From positions 10,027 to 74,026 of the forward strand of contig JAHDBA010000003.1 of NCBI GenBank assembly GCA_020630615.1: DNA of 64,000 nt, written 5' to 3'. The notes under the pieces are model-generated. The model was not told the origin of the DNA, did not search any database, and worked only from the letters and a program-made list of their open reading frames with translations. This DNA is from Myxococcota bacterium (lineage in GTDB: Bacteria; Myxococcota; UBA727; JAHDBA01). Shown one piece after another: positions 9,996 through 19,130 of this stretch (the stretch's first letter is position 1; each line of letters begins with the position of its first letter). The position numbers and the translations under genes were made by a program.

Positions 9996-11165
9996 ATGAC
10001 ACCATCGGAACTTTCTTCGGACAACAAAATATCTCTTGCCTTCGAAGCATTACGTCAAGGGCGACCGGTCATCGTCGTCGATGATGAAAGTCGAGAAAAT
10101 GAGGGTGACTTCGTTTTTGCCGCAGAGAAAATCACACCGGAGTCGATTAACTTTATGGCCAAGCATGGTCGGGGACTCATTTGCTTGGCAATGACCGCAG
10201 AACGCTTAAAACATTTGGACATTCCACTCATTCGCACGAAAAACAATGAACGGTCCTCGACTGCGTTTACAGTGTCAATTGAAGCCCGTCACGGCATAAC
10301 CACCGGGATCTCCGCAGCCGACAGAGCCCATACCGTTCAAGTCGCGGTTAACCCAAAAGCCAATGCGAACGACCTCACTCAGCCGGGCCACATTTTTCCT
10401 TTACAAGCCCAGGACGGTGGTGTTCTTTCGCGCGCAGGCCACACGGAGGGCTCTGTTGACCTCGCACGACTCGCTGGCCTCGCGCCTGCCGGTGTCATTT
10501 GCGAGATTATGAATGATGATGGCACCATGGCGAGACTCCCGGAGCTTCAAGAGATTGCTGAACGGGAAGGGCTACTCATCCTGTCCATTGCAGATATTAT
10601 TCAGTATCGACTGCGCCAGGAATCTTGCGTGGAGCAGGTTGCAAGCACAATACTATCAACACAATGGGGCGACCTCGAAGCCTTTGCATACCGTTCGACC
10701 TTGGATGACCGCGAAGCCTTGGCTCTGGTATGTGGCGATGTGTCCAGTGCGATCCCAGGCAATACCCCATTGGTTCGAGTGCACTCTGGAGACCCACTTA
10801 CGGAAGTCTTTGGAGGAATCCTCGACCAAGGCGGGCTTCGGCTTCATGCAGCACTCGATCGAATCGCCAAGGAGGCACGCGGGGTCATTCTCTATCTCCC
10901 AAAAGAGCCGGAACCGATGAATTTTGTTGCGGCCTTGCAGCGCGCCTCCGAATCGCATTCACAGGGATTGGGCCTGCCTGAGAAGGTACGCGCTCCGGAA
11001 GGTTTGTCGCCGAAAATTCGACATTACGGACTTGGAGCTCAGATTTTACGTGACTTGGGTCTACGTCAGATAAGGGTAATGTCCAATAATCCTGTACGGC
11101 TTTCCGGGATTGAGGGCTTTGGGATTGAGATCGTTGGAACAGAGTCCCTTTCCCCAGACGCATAA
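9996..11165 (+). CDS. ribBA: 3,4-dihydroxy-2-butanone-4-phosphate synthase fused to a GTP cyclohydrolase II-like domain
   Basis: The RibB motifs VVVDDESRENEGDFVFAAEK and HTEGSVDLARLAG are intact. The C-terminal RibA-like half reads VRVHSGDPLTEVFG and lacks the three zinc-ligand cysteines of active RibA. Confidence 0.8.
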   Translation: MTPSELSSDNKISLAFEALRQGRPVIVVDDESRENEGDFVFAAEKITPESINFMAKHGRGLICLAMTAERLKHLDIPLIRTKNNERSSTAFTVSIEARHGITTGISAADRAHTVQVAVNPKANANDLTQPGHIFPLQAQDGGVLSRAGHTEGSVDLARLAGLAPAGVICEIMNDDGTMARLPELQEIAEREGLLILSIADIIQYRLRQESCVEQVASTILSTQWGDLEAFAYRSTLDDREALALVCGDVSSAIPGNTPLVRVHSGDPLTEVFGGILDQGGLRLHAALDRIAKEARGVILYLPKEPEPMNFVAALQRASESHSQGLGLPEKVRAPEGLSPKIRHYGLGAQILRDLGLRQIRVMSNNPVRLSGIEGFGIEIVGTESLSPDA

Positions 11166-11210
11166 ATCACGTACTCTAAACTTATCGGAACATCTACCAA
11201 AGGTACAACT

Positions 11211-11687
11211 ATGTCCACATCACCGACCCCGATTCTTGAAGGTTTCCTGAATGCTGATGCCAAACATTTTGACATCATTGCGTCTCGTTTCAATCACATG
11301 ATTGTCGATCGTCTGGTTGAAGGTGCGCAGGACACTCTAAAGCGCCATGGTGCTGACATGAGCAAGGTTCGCGTCCTTTGGGTTCCCGGCGCATGGGAGC
11401 TCCCACTCGCAGCACAAAAGTCTCTTCAGGGCAAGGTAGATGCAGTGATTGTTTTGGGCGCGGTCATTCGAGGAGCCACCCCACACTTTGATGTTGTTGT
11501 AAATCAATGCGCATCTGCGCTGAGCAAGCTCCAACTTGAGAAACAAAAACCTGTGGCACTCGGACTTTTGACCACCAATTCAATTGAAGAAGCGATTGAG
11601 AGGTCAGGAACGAAGCACGGCAACAAAGGTATCGAGGCAACGCTTGCGGCGATCGAGTCTGCAAATCTTCTTGACGCTATGGGTTGA
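11211..11687 (+). CDS. ribH: 6,7-dimethyl-8-ribityllumazine synthase
   Basis: Full-length similarity to RibH over the pattern FDIIASRFN...VLWVPGAWELP...VIVLGAVIRGATPHFD. Confidence 0.9.
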   Translation: MSTSPTPILEGFLNADAKHFDIIASRFNHMIVDRLVEGAQDTLKRHGADMSKVRVLWVPGAWELPLAAQKSLQGKVDAVIVLGAVIRGATPHFDVVVNQCASALSKLQLEKQKPVALGLLTTNSIEEAIERSGTKHGNKGIEATLAAIESANLLDAMG

Positions 11688-11834
11688 GCAAAAGAGTGTG
11701 TTGAATCATTCCCGAGGGCTGGGGTCCGGGCTTTGTATTGAGTTCATATATCGAAAATTATTAAACTCAACTAGGATCCCCATGATAGTCCGTAGAACCT
11801 TCATTTGGGTGATTTGTTTTTAAGAGGTTTTCCG

Positions 11835-12311
11835 ATGTCCGACCATTCCAGAGTTTTCGACCAGGTTGTTCAGGTGCTCTATTTGCTCGAAGTCGGTTAT
11901 GGCTGGTCCGAGAAAGGTAAACTTGACCAACGCCAGACGACTCTCTTGTTGTCCCAGCAACAGGTTGACGATGAGGCCTTGAGTGTTGCCCTTGATAATT
12001 ACTACGATTCCTTCGACGCTCGAGAGAAACTGCGACTTGAAACCCTTTCGATTGTCCGCGGTGTTCTTGATAGCGTCAACGAGCTTGATGTTCAGATTGA
12101 ATCCAGTGACTCAACATGGCGTCTTGAACGAATGAATCCCACGGATCGTAATATCCTACGACTTGCTCTCTTTGAGGCCATGACACGTGACCTTTTAAGT
12201 CGTAAGCAAATCATTAACGAGGCGGTGGAGCTTGCCAAACGTTTCGGCGATGCAGAGTCGCCACGTTTTGTCAACGGCGTTCTCGATGCATTGCTGTCGT
12301 CACGTCACTGA
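11835..12311 (+). CDS. nusB: Transcription antitermination factor NusB
   Basis: NusB-family sequence RNILRLALFEAM...FVNGVLDAL and the conserved ribH-nusB gene order. The ATG at 11835 is preferred over the TTG at 11805. Confidence 0.85.
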   Translation: MSDHSRVFDQVVQVLYLLEVGYGWSEKGKLDQRQTTLLLSQQQVDDEALSVALDNYYDSFDAREKLRLETLSIVRGVLDSVNELDVQIESSDSTWRLERMNPTDRNILRLALFEAMTRDLLSRKQIINEAVELAKRFGDAESPRFVNGVLDALLSSRH

Positions 12312-12326
12312 TTTTCAAAGCCCAAA

Positions 12327-13157
12327 TCAACGAAGGCCGATCGAAGACCGAAGCCTTTTCAGATCCTCCCATGCCGGCTTCTTAAGCTCTGGACGGTGAA
12401 TCAGGTCTTCGGGGTGAAAGGTGGCAAAGAGAGGTATGGTATCCACCTTAACATCAACCATGTGCCGAAGCGTCTCAATCGAGCTCAATCGGGACCTCGG
12501 ATCTTCGCGACCCACAATTCCAGGTGCGATCGTTTGTGTGTTTTTGGAATTGGCAACGTGCATGAGTGCAAGCGCTGCCGAGCGCTCGCCCAATGCCAAA
12601 ATAGACTTGCAGTCACGGCCATAAAGCTCGGATTCCAGATGCTTGCGGCACGCTAGATTTTCTTGCAACGCCACATCTCGATCATTCGGTGGTCGACACC
12701 GCACCCAGGACGTTACGATAAATTCATCTTCGGCAACATTGAGTGCCTTCATCATACGTAAAAGCAAGGCAAATGAATTGGGTGCCAACAAACTTTGACG
12801 TTCCAAGGCTATGCAATCCGGTGCGTCCAGAACGATGCAAATTTTCAAAGGCCTCGCAAACGAATCGGTAGAAACAGGAATACATCGCTCACGCGTTTTG
12901 GCGAGCGCACAATCATAACAGTTCTCAATACGACTATTGATGTCTTCACCCACCCACTCTTGGGTCTCTGTAGGGGAAGTGATCTTCAAGAGTTGAGACG
13001 CACTTGTCTTCGGGATGCCGTCTTTTGAAAGCTCCTGAAAACCAAAGTCCTGAAGTTCATGCAAGGCATTCCACAAGGAATGAGTCAAGTCGTCCACACC
13101 TTGTACAAGTCTCTCTTCCATGCACTCTATCGATTCGTCATTGCTTTCACTATTCAT
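12327..13157 (-). CDS. Uracil-DNA glycosylase superfamily protein, family-4-like, with a non-canonical active-site motif
   Basis: A 4-Cys cluster C-x2-C...C...C. The family-4 signature blocks are present as RCRPPNDR (family consensus KCRPPgNR) and TFHPEDLIHRPELKKPAWEDL (consensus tYHPAaLLRnPelKraaw.DL). Motif A reads IVLDAPD rather than the expected VGEAPG. There is a roughly 75-aa N-terminal extension. Confidence 0.6.
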   Translation of the reverse strand: MNSESNDESIECMEERLVQGVDDLTHSLWNALHELQDFGFQELSKDGIPKTSASQLLKITSPTETQEWVGEDINSRIENCYDCALAKTRERCIPVSTDSFARPLKICIVLDAPDCIALERQSLLAPNSFALLLRMMKALNVAEDEFIVTSWVRCRPPNDRDVALQENLACRKHLESELYGRDCKSILALGERSAALALMHVANSKNTQTIAPGIVGREDPRSRLSSIETLRHMVDVKVDTIPLFATFHPEDLIHRPELKKPAWEDLKRLRSSIGLR

Positions 13158-13159
13158 CT

Positions 13160-13426
13160 TTAACTTTCGTCATTTTGCAGTTGAAGTTTTTCATTCTTAA
13201 ATTCTCTGCGAATTAAAAAAAGACGTACACACACAACCGTTGTCACCACAAGAGCGACCAATCCCATCATACTCAAGGGAGGTGAATCGCGATGGTACCC
13301 CAAGAATACAAGCGCAACACTCAAACCACCGATCAACGCTGCCCCAAGAAAAAATCGTGTTAGCAGGCGCTCTTTTCGCTCCAAGTCTTGCATCAGAAAA
13401 TCACGTACTTCGTTCTCAAAATCCAT
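13160..13426 (-). CDS. Small (88 aa) two-helix membrane protein, translationally coupled to the downstream UDG-like gene
   Basis: Two hydrophobic segments. Its stop lies 2 nt before the UDG-like start codon. Confidence 0.4.
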   Translation of the reverse strand: MDFENEVRDFLMQDLERKERLLTRFFLGAALIGGLSVALVFLGYHRDSPPLSMMGLVALVVTTVVCVRLFLIRREFKNEKLQLQNDES

Positions 13427-13645
13427 ATCAACTACCTACCACACGCGCGTACCAAGCAAACATGAATCCGACATTGCCCCGCGGATCATGAAAAGTGTGC
13501 ACAAGTGGGATCCCCACCTTCCTCGACGAGGAAATTTGTTTTTTTTTAGGAAAAACGTCCGTCGGTGTTTGACGGAGTGATCTCTATAGTCTTAAGATTG
13601 AGATCATCAACAACACGAACGAGTCAAGTTAATTTTGGAGAAGAC

Positions 13646-14233
13646 ATGAGCAACCTTAGCATTCCGCCAACCTCAACTGAACCCAACTCGCTACTCTCAC
13701 TACCACCTACCCGTACCGGCGGGCTGCACGAAGGACATATCCTTTCGGAGTCGGTCTATTTCGACGACCTGTCTGAGGCTCATTCAGGCTTCTCTGACGA
13801 TGATGAGTTAAGTCGTCATAGAGCTCGAACCCTCTCCCGCAAACAAATGGCGCGCGAACATAGGAAAATGCGCTCACGGGGAGAGATGCTCGATGTGATC
13901 GATTACTGGCGCCCGGCAATGCGCTCAGAGTGTCTCAATATGCCACGTCCATGCCTCTATGTTTCATGTCGGCACCATCTTTTTATCGATGTGAACCCCG
14001 AAACGGGCTCGATTAAGTTTAACTTTCCAGACAAAGAACCATGGGAGCTCGCGTACAGTTGTGCGCTCGATGTTGCAGACCGAGGCGGGATCACACTTGA
14101 AGAGGTCGGATCTATTATGAACTTAACACGGGAGCGCATTCGTCAAGTTGAAGTTCGCGGGCTTGAAAAGCTCAACGAAACAAAAGATGCAGGTGTGCAA
14201 GTTTATGCAGATTGGAATCCTGCAGCCCTGTAA
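13646..14233 (+). CDS. Protein carrying only a sigma-70 region-4-like helix-turn-helix domain
   Basis: The C-terminus [28 protein letters not shown] matches sigma-70 region 4.2, which reads TLEEVG..F.VTRERIRQIEAKALRKL. No region 2 is recognisable. A Cys/His cluster [16 protein letters not shown] lies upstream of the HTH, and a GGAG ribosome-binding site sits 5 nt upstream of the ATG. Confidence 0.5.
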   Translation: MSNLSIPPTSTEPNSLLSLPPTRTGGLHEGHILSESVYFDDLSEAHSGFSDDDELSRHRARTLSRKQMAREHRKMRSRGEMLDVIDYWRPAMRSECLNMPRPCLYVSCRHHLFIDVNPETGSIKFNFPDKEPWELAYSCALDVADRGGITLEEVGSIMNLTRERIRQVEVRGLEKLNETKDAGVQVYADWNPAAL

Positions 14234-14282
14234 CTAAAGCTTTCATAAAAGCTCTAATAACAAGCGCAGCAATCCGTGTTCC

Positions 14283-14312
14283 GGGCCCACATCGAATGGG
14301 CCTTCTGTATTG
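14283..14312 (+). terminator. Putative rho-independent terminator after the sigma-region-4 gene
   Basis: A hairpin GGGCCCA-catcgaa-TGGGCC is followed by the T-rich run TTCTGTATT. Confidence 0.35.
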
Positions 14313-14470
14313 GAGACGCAATCAAAAGACGTCTTTGCGTTGCTCCTTACAAGCCTCGCAAGGCATACGGACATCACCTTTGGTTGTCACCTCTAAAAAC
14401 ACACAATTAAAAGAGTGGATCGAGCTCTTTTACCTTGAGGCTTTCAATGGATCTGGTAAACTTTGCGTGG

Positions 14471-14555
<85 letters not shown>

Positions 14556-14812
14556 CATCCTTACAAGAACTAGAATGTTTCAGTCGGGTAAAGCGAGGGT
14601 CAGGGCTGAGTTCAGTGCATTGTACGAAGCCTCGATTTTCGCTTCCTAAACTAAAATCCTTCCATGAAACCTTTGATATGCGTTGCGCCCGAATAGGGTT
14701 TCCTTTTCATAAATCCAAAACACCCTCATCCTTAAACTTCGAACGCAATAACACCCTTTATTTTTGTGATGGATGTGCTTGAATATGGCACTTACTTAGC
14801 AAGGAAGCCACA

Positions 14813-16141
14813 ATGGAAATCACCACCGAAGTCAATGAAGTGAACAGCGTTACCCGAGAAATTGCAATCACGGTTGCAAGCGAAGATGCACTCAAAATTC
14901 TCGACCAAGCGTACCTGAAAATTGGGCGGAAAGCGCATCTCAAAGGATTTCGTAAAGGCAAAGTTCCACGTTATGTTCTTGAGCAGTACTACAAGGGTGA
15001 CGCTGAGCGAGAAGCGATTAACACCATGGTTGGCCGGTCGCTGCACAAAGCAATCACCGAGAGTGACCTTCAGCCGATTACCGAACCCTCAGTGAAAGAC
15101 CTCTCAGAGTTTATCCCGGGGATGGATTTTAAATATGTCTCTACGGTTGAACTTCGACCTGTTTTTGAATTGCCCGCACTCGATGCATTAACCGTCACAC
15201 GGACAACCTATGAGGTTAACGAAGATGCAGTTGAGTTTGAGTTGAATAAGATTCAAGAGCAAGCGTCCAGCATTGAACCGGTCTCGGACAGGGACACCGT
15301 TGCACAGGGTGATTTTGTCGAAGTAAACCTTTCGGCAATCGACGCAGAGGGGAACGCAATCGACTCGCTGACTCGACCCGGTGCACAGCTTGAGATTGGC
15401 AAGGGCACTTTCTTTAAAGAAGTCGAGCAAGGTTTAGTGGGGCAGACAGCGAAAAGCGAGCATGACATCTCGCTCACCGTGCCCGAAGACCATTATCTTG
15501 AAGCGTATCGCGAGAAAACAATCGTCGTGCACGTGAAGGTCCTCGAGATCAAGACAAAAGTTCGTCCCGAACTTAACGATGACTTCGCACAGGATGTCGA
15601 TGAAAAGTTCCAGACAATTGCTGACCTTCGATCGGAGCTTCAAAACCGTCTCGAGCGAGAAGCTCTTATCCGTAGTGAACAAGAAGCGCGGGAGTCTGTG
15701 ATCGACGCATTGATTAACGCTCAAGAATTCGAGGTTCCAGAAGGTCTCGTCCTGGAACGCGCACAAGAGTTGGCGATAGAACCCTTTCGTCAGTTCCCAC
15801 AAGAAACCCTAATGCAATTCTGGCAGATGCAAGGTGAGCAGATGACAGAACAAGCAAAACCCAAGGCGCTCCGTCAAGTCCGGGGTGGCTTCTTCGTGGC
15901 AAAGCTCAAAGATGAACTCGCAATCGATATTGTTGACGCAGATGTCGATGCACATTTTGAGAAGCTCGCAAAACGTACGGGTGAAGAAGCGGGTAAGATT
16001 AAACTTCTCTTCAACCAGAACCAACAAATGGATCAGTTGAAAGATCAACTGCTCGCAGAGAAAGCTTTGGACACCGTGCTTGAAAAGGCGAAGATTGTTG
16101 CTGAAGAGAAATCGATTCGAGAATTGCAGCAGGGAGCTTAA
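14813..16141 (+). CDS. tig: Trigger factor
   Basis: The N-terminal ribosome-binding domain contains the GFRKGKVP motif, and the length and architecture match Tig. Confidence 0.9.
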   Translation: MEITTEVNEVNSVTREIAITVASEDALKILDQAYLKIGRKAHLKGFRKGKVPRYVLEQYYKGDAEREAINTMVGRSLHKAITESDLQPITEPSVKDLSEFIPGMDFKYVSTVELRPVFELPALDALTVTRTTYEVNEDAVEFELNKIQEQASSIEPVSDRDTVAQGDFVEVNLSAIDAEGNAIDSLTRPGAQLEIGKGTFFKEVEQGLVGQTAKSEHDISLTVPEDHYLEAYREKTIVVHVKVLEIKTKVRPELNDDFAQDVDEKFQTIADLRSELQNRLEREALIRSEQEARESVIDALINAQEFEVPEGLVLERAQELAIEPFRQFPQETLMQFWQMQGEQMTEQAKPKALRQVRGGFFVAKLKDELAIDIVDADVDAHFEKLAKRTGEEAGKIKLLFNQNQQMDQLKDQLLAEKALDTVLEKAKIVAEEKSIRELQQGA

Positions 16142-16195
16142 TACGCTCCAACCCGAGTGTGTCCCAATCTGTCAATAAAGACCAAAGGCTTAAAA

Positions 16196-17641
16196 ATGAA
16201 AGAGAACGCGAACATCTACATTGAAACCTTTGGTTGTCAGATGAACATCCTCGATACAGAGCTGGCCCAGGACGACCTGTCTCAGCGCGGCTATTCCTTT
16301 GTTGAGGATCCGAAGAAGGCTGATGTTGTGCTCTACAATACGTGCTCTGTCCGCGACCTTTCGGAGCAAAAAGTCCTGAGTCGCCTCGGCATTCAAAGTC
16401 AGCGAAAGAAATCGGGAAGTGATGTTATTGTCGGGGTGCTCGGGTGTATGGCTGAGCGGAAAGGCGAAGCTCTGCAAAAAGAGTTTCCCGTCGACATCCT
16501 AATTGGCCCGTCTGAACTTGATAGACTCGGAGACCTCATTGAGGCACAGCTGTCTGCACGCTCTTCGACGCAAAAAACAACTCCAGAAAGTGCGCTCTCC
16601 AATTTCAAGAATCGAAAGTTGAAGGTTGACCCTGCCCGTCCTGCAGAGCTCGACGCCTTTGACCGTGGTCGTATTATTGACGAATCAAAAACGGGTGCGC
16701 AGGCCTATGTTCGCATCACGCGTGGGTGTAACAAGTTTTGCGCCTTCTGTGTTGTGCCTTACACCCGTGGTGAAGAAGTCCATCGACACCCGAGTGATAT
16801 TGTTTCTGAGGTGCAAAAGTTGACCGATGCCGGTGCGAAAGAAGTCACCTTGTTGGGGCAAACGATCAACCATTACCGCTACGAAGATACTGGCTTTGCT
16901 GAACTTTTGAGGCGGGTTCATGATGAATGCCCAGAGCTCCCTCGGCTGCGCTATCTCACGAGTTACCCGCGAGACTTCACCGAAGACATGCTTGATGCGA
17001 TGGCTGAATGTGAGCGTGTTGCCCCCTTTTTGCACATCCCGGCACAAAGCGGTTCCAACCGTATTCTAAAAAAGATGAATCGTGGGTACACCCGTGAGTC
17101 CTATCTAGAGCTTGTTCGAATGGCCCGGGAGAAAATGCCAAACCTAACAATCGTAGGTGATATGATCGTGGGCTTTCCCTCGGAGACCGATGCAGAATTT
17201 GAAGAAAGCCTTACGCTCCTACAGGAAGTTCAGTACAAAACTGTGTATGTCTTTAAATACTCCCCACGCCCGGGCACGGTTTCTGGCAAGCGTGATGAAG
17301 ACGACATCCCAATTGCTGTGAAAAAATCCCGAAACAATCGAATGCTTGACCTTCAAAAAGGTATCACTTTGGTCCAGCATCAAGCATTGGTGGGTCAAAC
17401 CCACAAACTACTCGTCGAAAGTGTTGCGAAGAACCAAGGCCTGGAGCCCAACCCTACCTCCAACCTGGTCACGATTGGCTCCAAAAATACTGAAAGACGC
17501 GATACGCTCCTCCAACTCACGGGAAGAACCGTAGGCGATCATATTGTTCACTTTAAAGGTGAGCGCTCACTTATTGGTCAGATTGTCAATGTGCGTGTCG
17601 AGGAAGCACGCGGCCTGAGTTGCTCAGGGACCCGAATCTAG
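16196..17641 (+). CDS. miaB: tRNA-i6A37 methylthiotransferase (radical SAM, MiaB family)
   Basis: An MTTase N-terminal domain, the radical SAM motif CNKFCAFC, and a C-terminal TRAM domain. The ATG at 16196 is preferred over the GTG at 16157. Confidence 0.85.
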   Translation: MKENANIYIETFGCQMNILDTELAQDDLSQRGYSFVEDPKKADVVLYNTCSVRDLSEQKVLSRLGIQSQRKKSGSDVIVGVLGCMAERKGEALQKEFPVDILIGPSELDRLGDLIEAQLSARSSTQKTTPESALSNFKNRKLKVDPARPAELDAFDRGRIIDESKTGAQAYVRITRGCNKFCAFCVVPYTRGEEVHRHPSDIVSEVQKLTDAGAKEVTLLGQTINHYRYEDTGFAELLRRVHDECPELPRLRYLTSYPRDFTEDMLDAMAECERVAPFLHIPAQSGSNRILKKMNRGYTRESYLELVRMAREKMPNLTIVGDMIVGFPSETDAEFEESLTLLQEVQYKTVYVFKYSPRPGTVSGKRDEDDIPIAVKKSRNNRMLDLQKGITLVQHQALVGQTHKLLVESVAKNQGLEPNPTSNLVTIGSKNTERRDTLLQLTGRTVGDHIVHFKGERSLIGQIVNVRVEEARGLSCSGTRI

Positions 17642-17690
17642 ACCCAAGCCCCATTCCAACTCGAATTGTGTTGTTGGCCGAACTTACCCG

Positions 17691-18401
17691 CTACCCAAAG
17701 CGTCGTAAGGGTATCTCAACGGGTTTGAAATTGAGGTAGTCACACGAAAGGAGATGGTAGTCTCGCCCATTGATTCGTCCAGTGTTTGCGCTCTTATGGG
17801 ACGCGCGACCATGCAGGTGTCCGTATACGACCAAATCCACATTGAATCGGTCCAAAAGCTTGGAAAACTCAGTCTCGCGCGCCCCCGGTTTGAGCGGCGG
17901 ATAGTGCAATGCTGCAATCAATATTCTACCATCGCGAATCTTCTCAGCCTCCTTGAGGGAGAGCTCCAAGCGCCCGACCTCTCGACGATATATTTTTTCG
18001 TCTTTTGCCGTATATTCTGGCCCACCAGGAACCGACCAACAGCGACTCCCCGCGACAACAAAATCACCAAAATCATGTGCATTGTTTTGCAAAGCAATAC
18101 AGGTATCACCAATCGCTGCTCGAACTTTTGAGATCGATTGCCACCAATAGTCATGATTCCCACGAACCAGAACTTTTGTCCCCGGGCGTTCAGCAATCCA
18201 CCGCAAGTCCAGCTCTGCTTCGTCAAGCTTGAGTGCCCAGCTGAGGTCACCGGGCACCAGAACAATATCATTCGGTTGCACCAGTGCGTCCCATGATTCA
18301 CGCATCTTATCCGCATGGTTCTCCCAATGGCCGCCAAATATGTCCATTGGCTTATTGGAGCTAAACGAAAGGTGAAGGTCACTAATTCCAAATACGCGCA
18401 T
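17691..18401 (-). CDS. Calcineurin-like metallophosphoesterase
   Basis: Metal-binding motifs GISDLH, GD and GNHD are present. Confidence 0.7.
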   Translation of the reverse strand: MRVFGISDLHLSFSSNKPMDIFGGHWENHADKMRESWDALVQPNDIVLVPGDLSWALKLDEAELDLRWIAERPGTKVLVRGNHDYWWQSISKVRAAIGDTCIALQNNAHDFGDFVVAGSRCWSVPGGPEYTAKDEKIYRREVGRLELSLKEAEKIRDGRILIAALHYPPLKPGARETEFSKLLDRFNVDLVVYGHLHGRASHKSANTGRINGRDYHLLSCDYLNFKPVEIPLRRFG

Positions 18402-18445
18402 AGACCGATGTTGCCCTAAAGATTCGAAGTGTGCAAAGTGAAGTT

Positions 18446-19117
18446 ATGAATGAAACAAAGACGAATGCGATCGTTGCGTCTCCGGAAGGTCGAGGCGACA
18501 ATGAGGTTTATGCCGTTGAGCCGGGCTTCCCGCCTAGCCCCGCATCTTGGGCAACAGTTTTTGAACGTAGAGCTCCTTTGCGACTTGAGATCGGTTTTGG
18601 GCGACCGCATTTCCTCTACGACCTCGCAAAGGAGTTCCCGGACGACAACATCATAGGTATCGAGTGGAAGAAGCGATGGGTCACTCAAGCGAATCGCAAG
18701 GTTGCGCGCGAGGGTATTCCCAATCTCAGAGCTCTTCATGGAAATGCTTGGCATTTAGCCTGTGCTCTTTTTCAACCACAGAGTGTTGACGCAATGTACC
18801 TTAACTTTCCAGATCCTTGGTGGAAAAAGAAACACCGCAAGCGTCGAGTGATCAATGCAGACTTTGCATCACACTTGATTTCGAGGCTCACTCCTCAAGG
18901 AAGCTTTTTCATCCAAAGTGACGTCGCTTCTCTCTTGGAAGAAATCCTAAGCGTGCTTGAGGACCACACCCCCCTCGTCAACGTGCATGGCCCTGGACGC
19001 ATCGCCCCCAAGAAGTCATACCGCGCACGCAGCCATCGAGAGAAAAAGTGTTCCGAAGCTGGAATCCCCATTTTCAGAGCGAGGCTTCAAATGAAACCAT
19101 CTAAAGAGAGAAGCTAA
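18446..19117 (+). CDS. trmB: tRNA (guanine-N7)-methyltransferase
   Basis: TrmB family sequence EIGFGRPHFL...NFPDPWWKKKHRKRR. The ATG at 18446 is preferred over the GTG at 18431. Confidence 0.85.
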   Translation: MNETKTNAIVASPEGRGDNEVYAVEPGFPPSPASWATVFERRAPLRLEIGFGRPHFLYDLAKEFPDDNIIGIEWKKRWVTQANRKVAREGIPNLRALHGNAWHLACALFQPQSVDAMYLNFPDPWWKKKHRKRRVINADFASHLISRLTPQGSFFIQSDVASLLEEILSVLEDHTPLVNVHGPGRIAPKKSYRARSHREKKCSEAGIPIFRARLQMKPSKERS

Positions 19118-19130
19118 GCACAGAAAATTG

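Noticed and set aside
13427-13564. A T9 run plus hairpin that could be a terminator.
   Set aside because: The T-run precedes rather than follows the hairpin on the plus strand. On the minus strand it lies upstream of the gene it would have to terminate. It is more likely a promoter or operator region.
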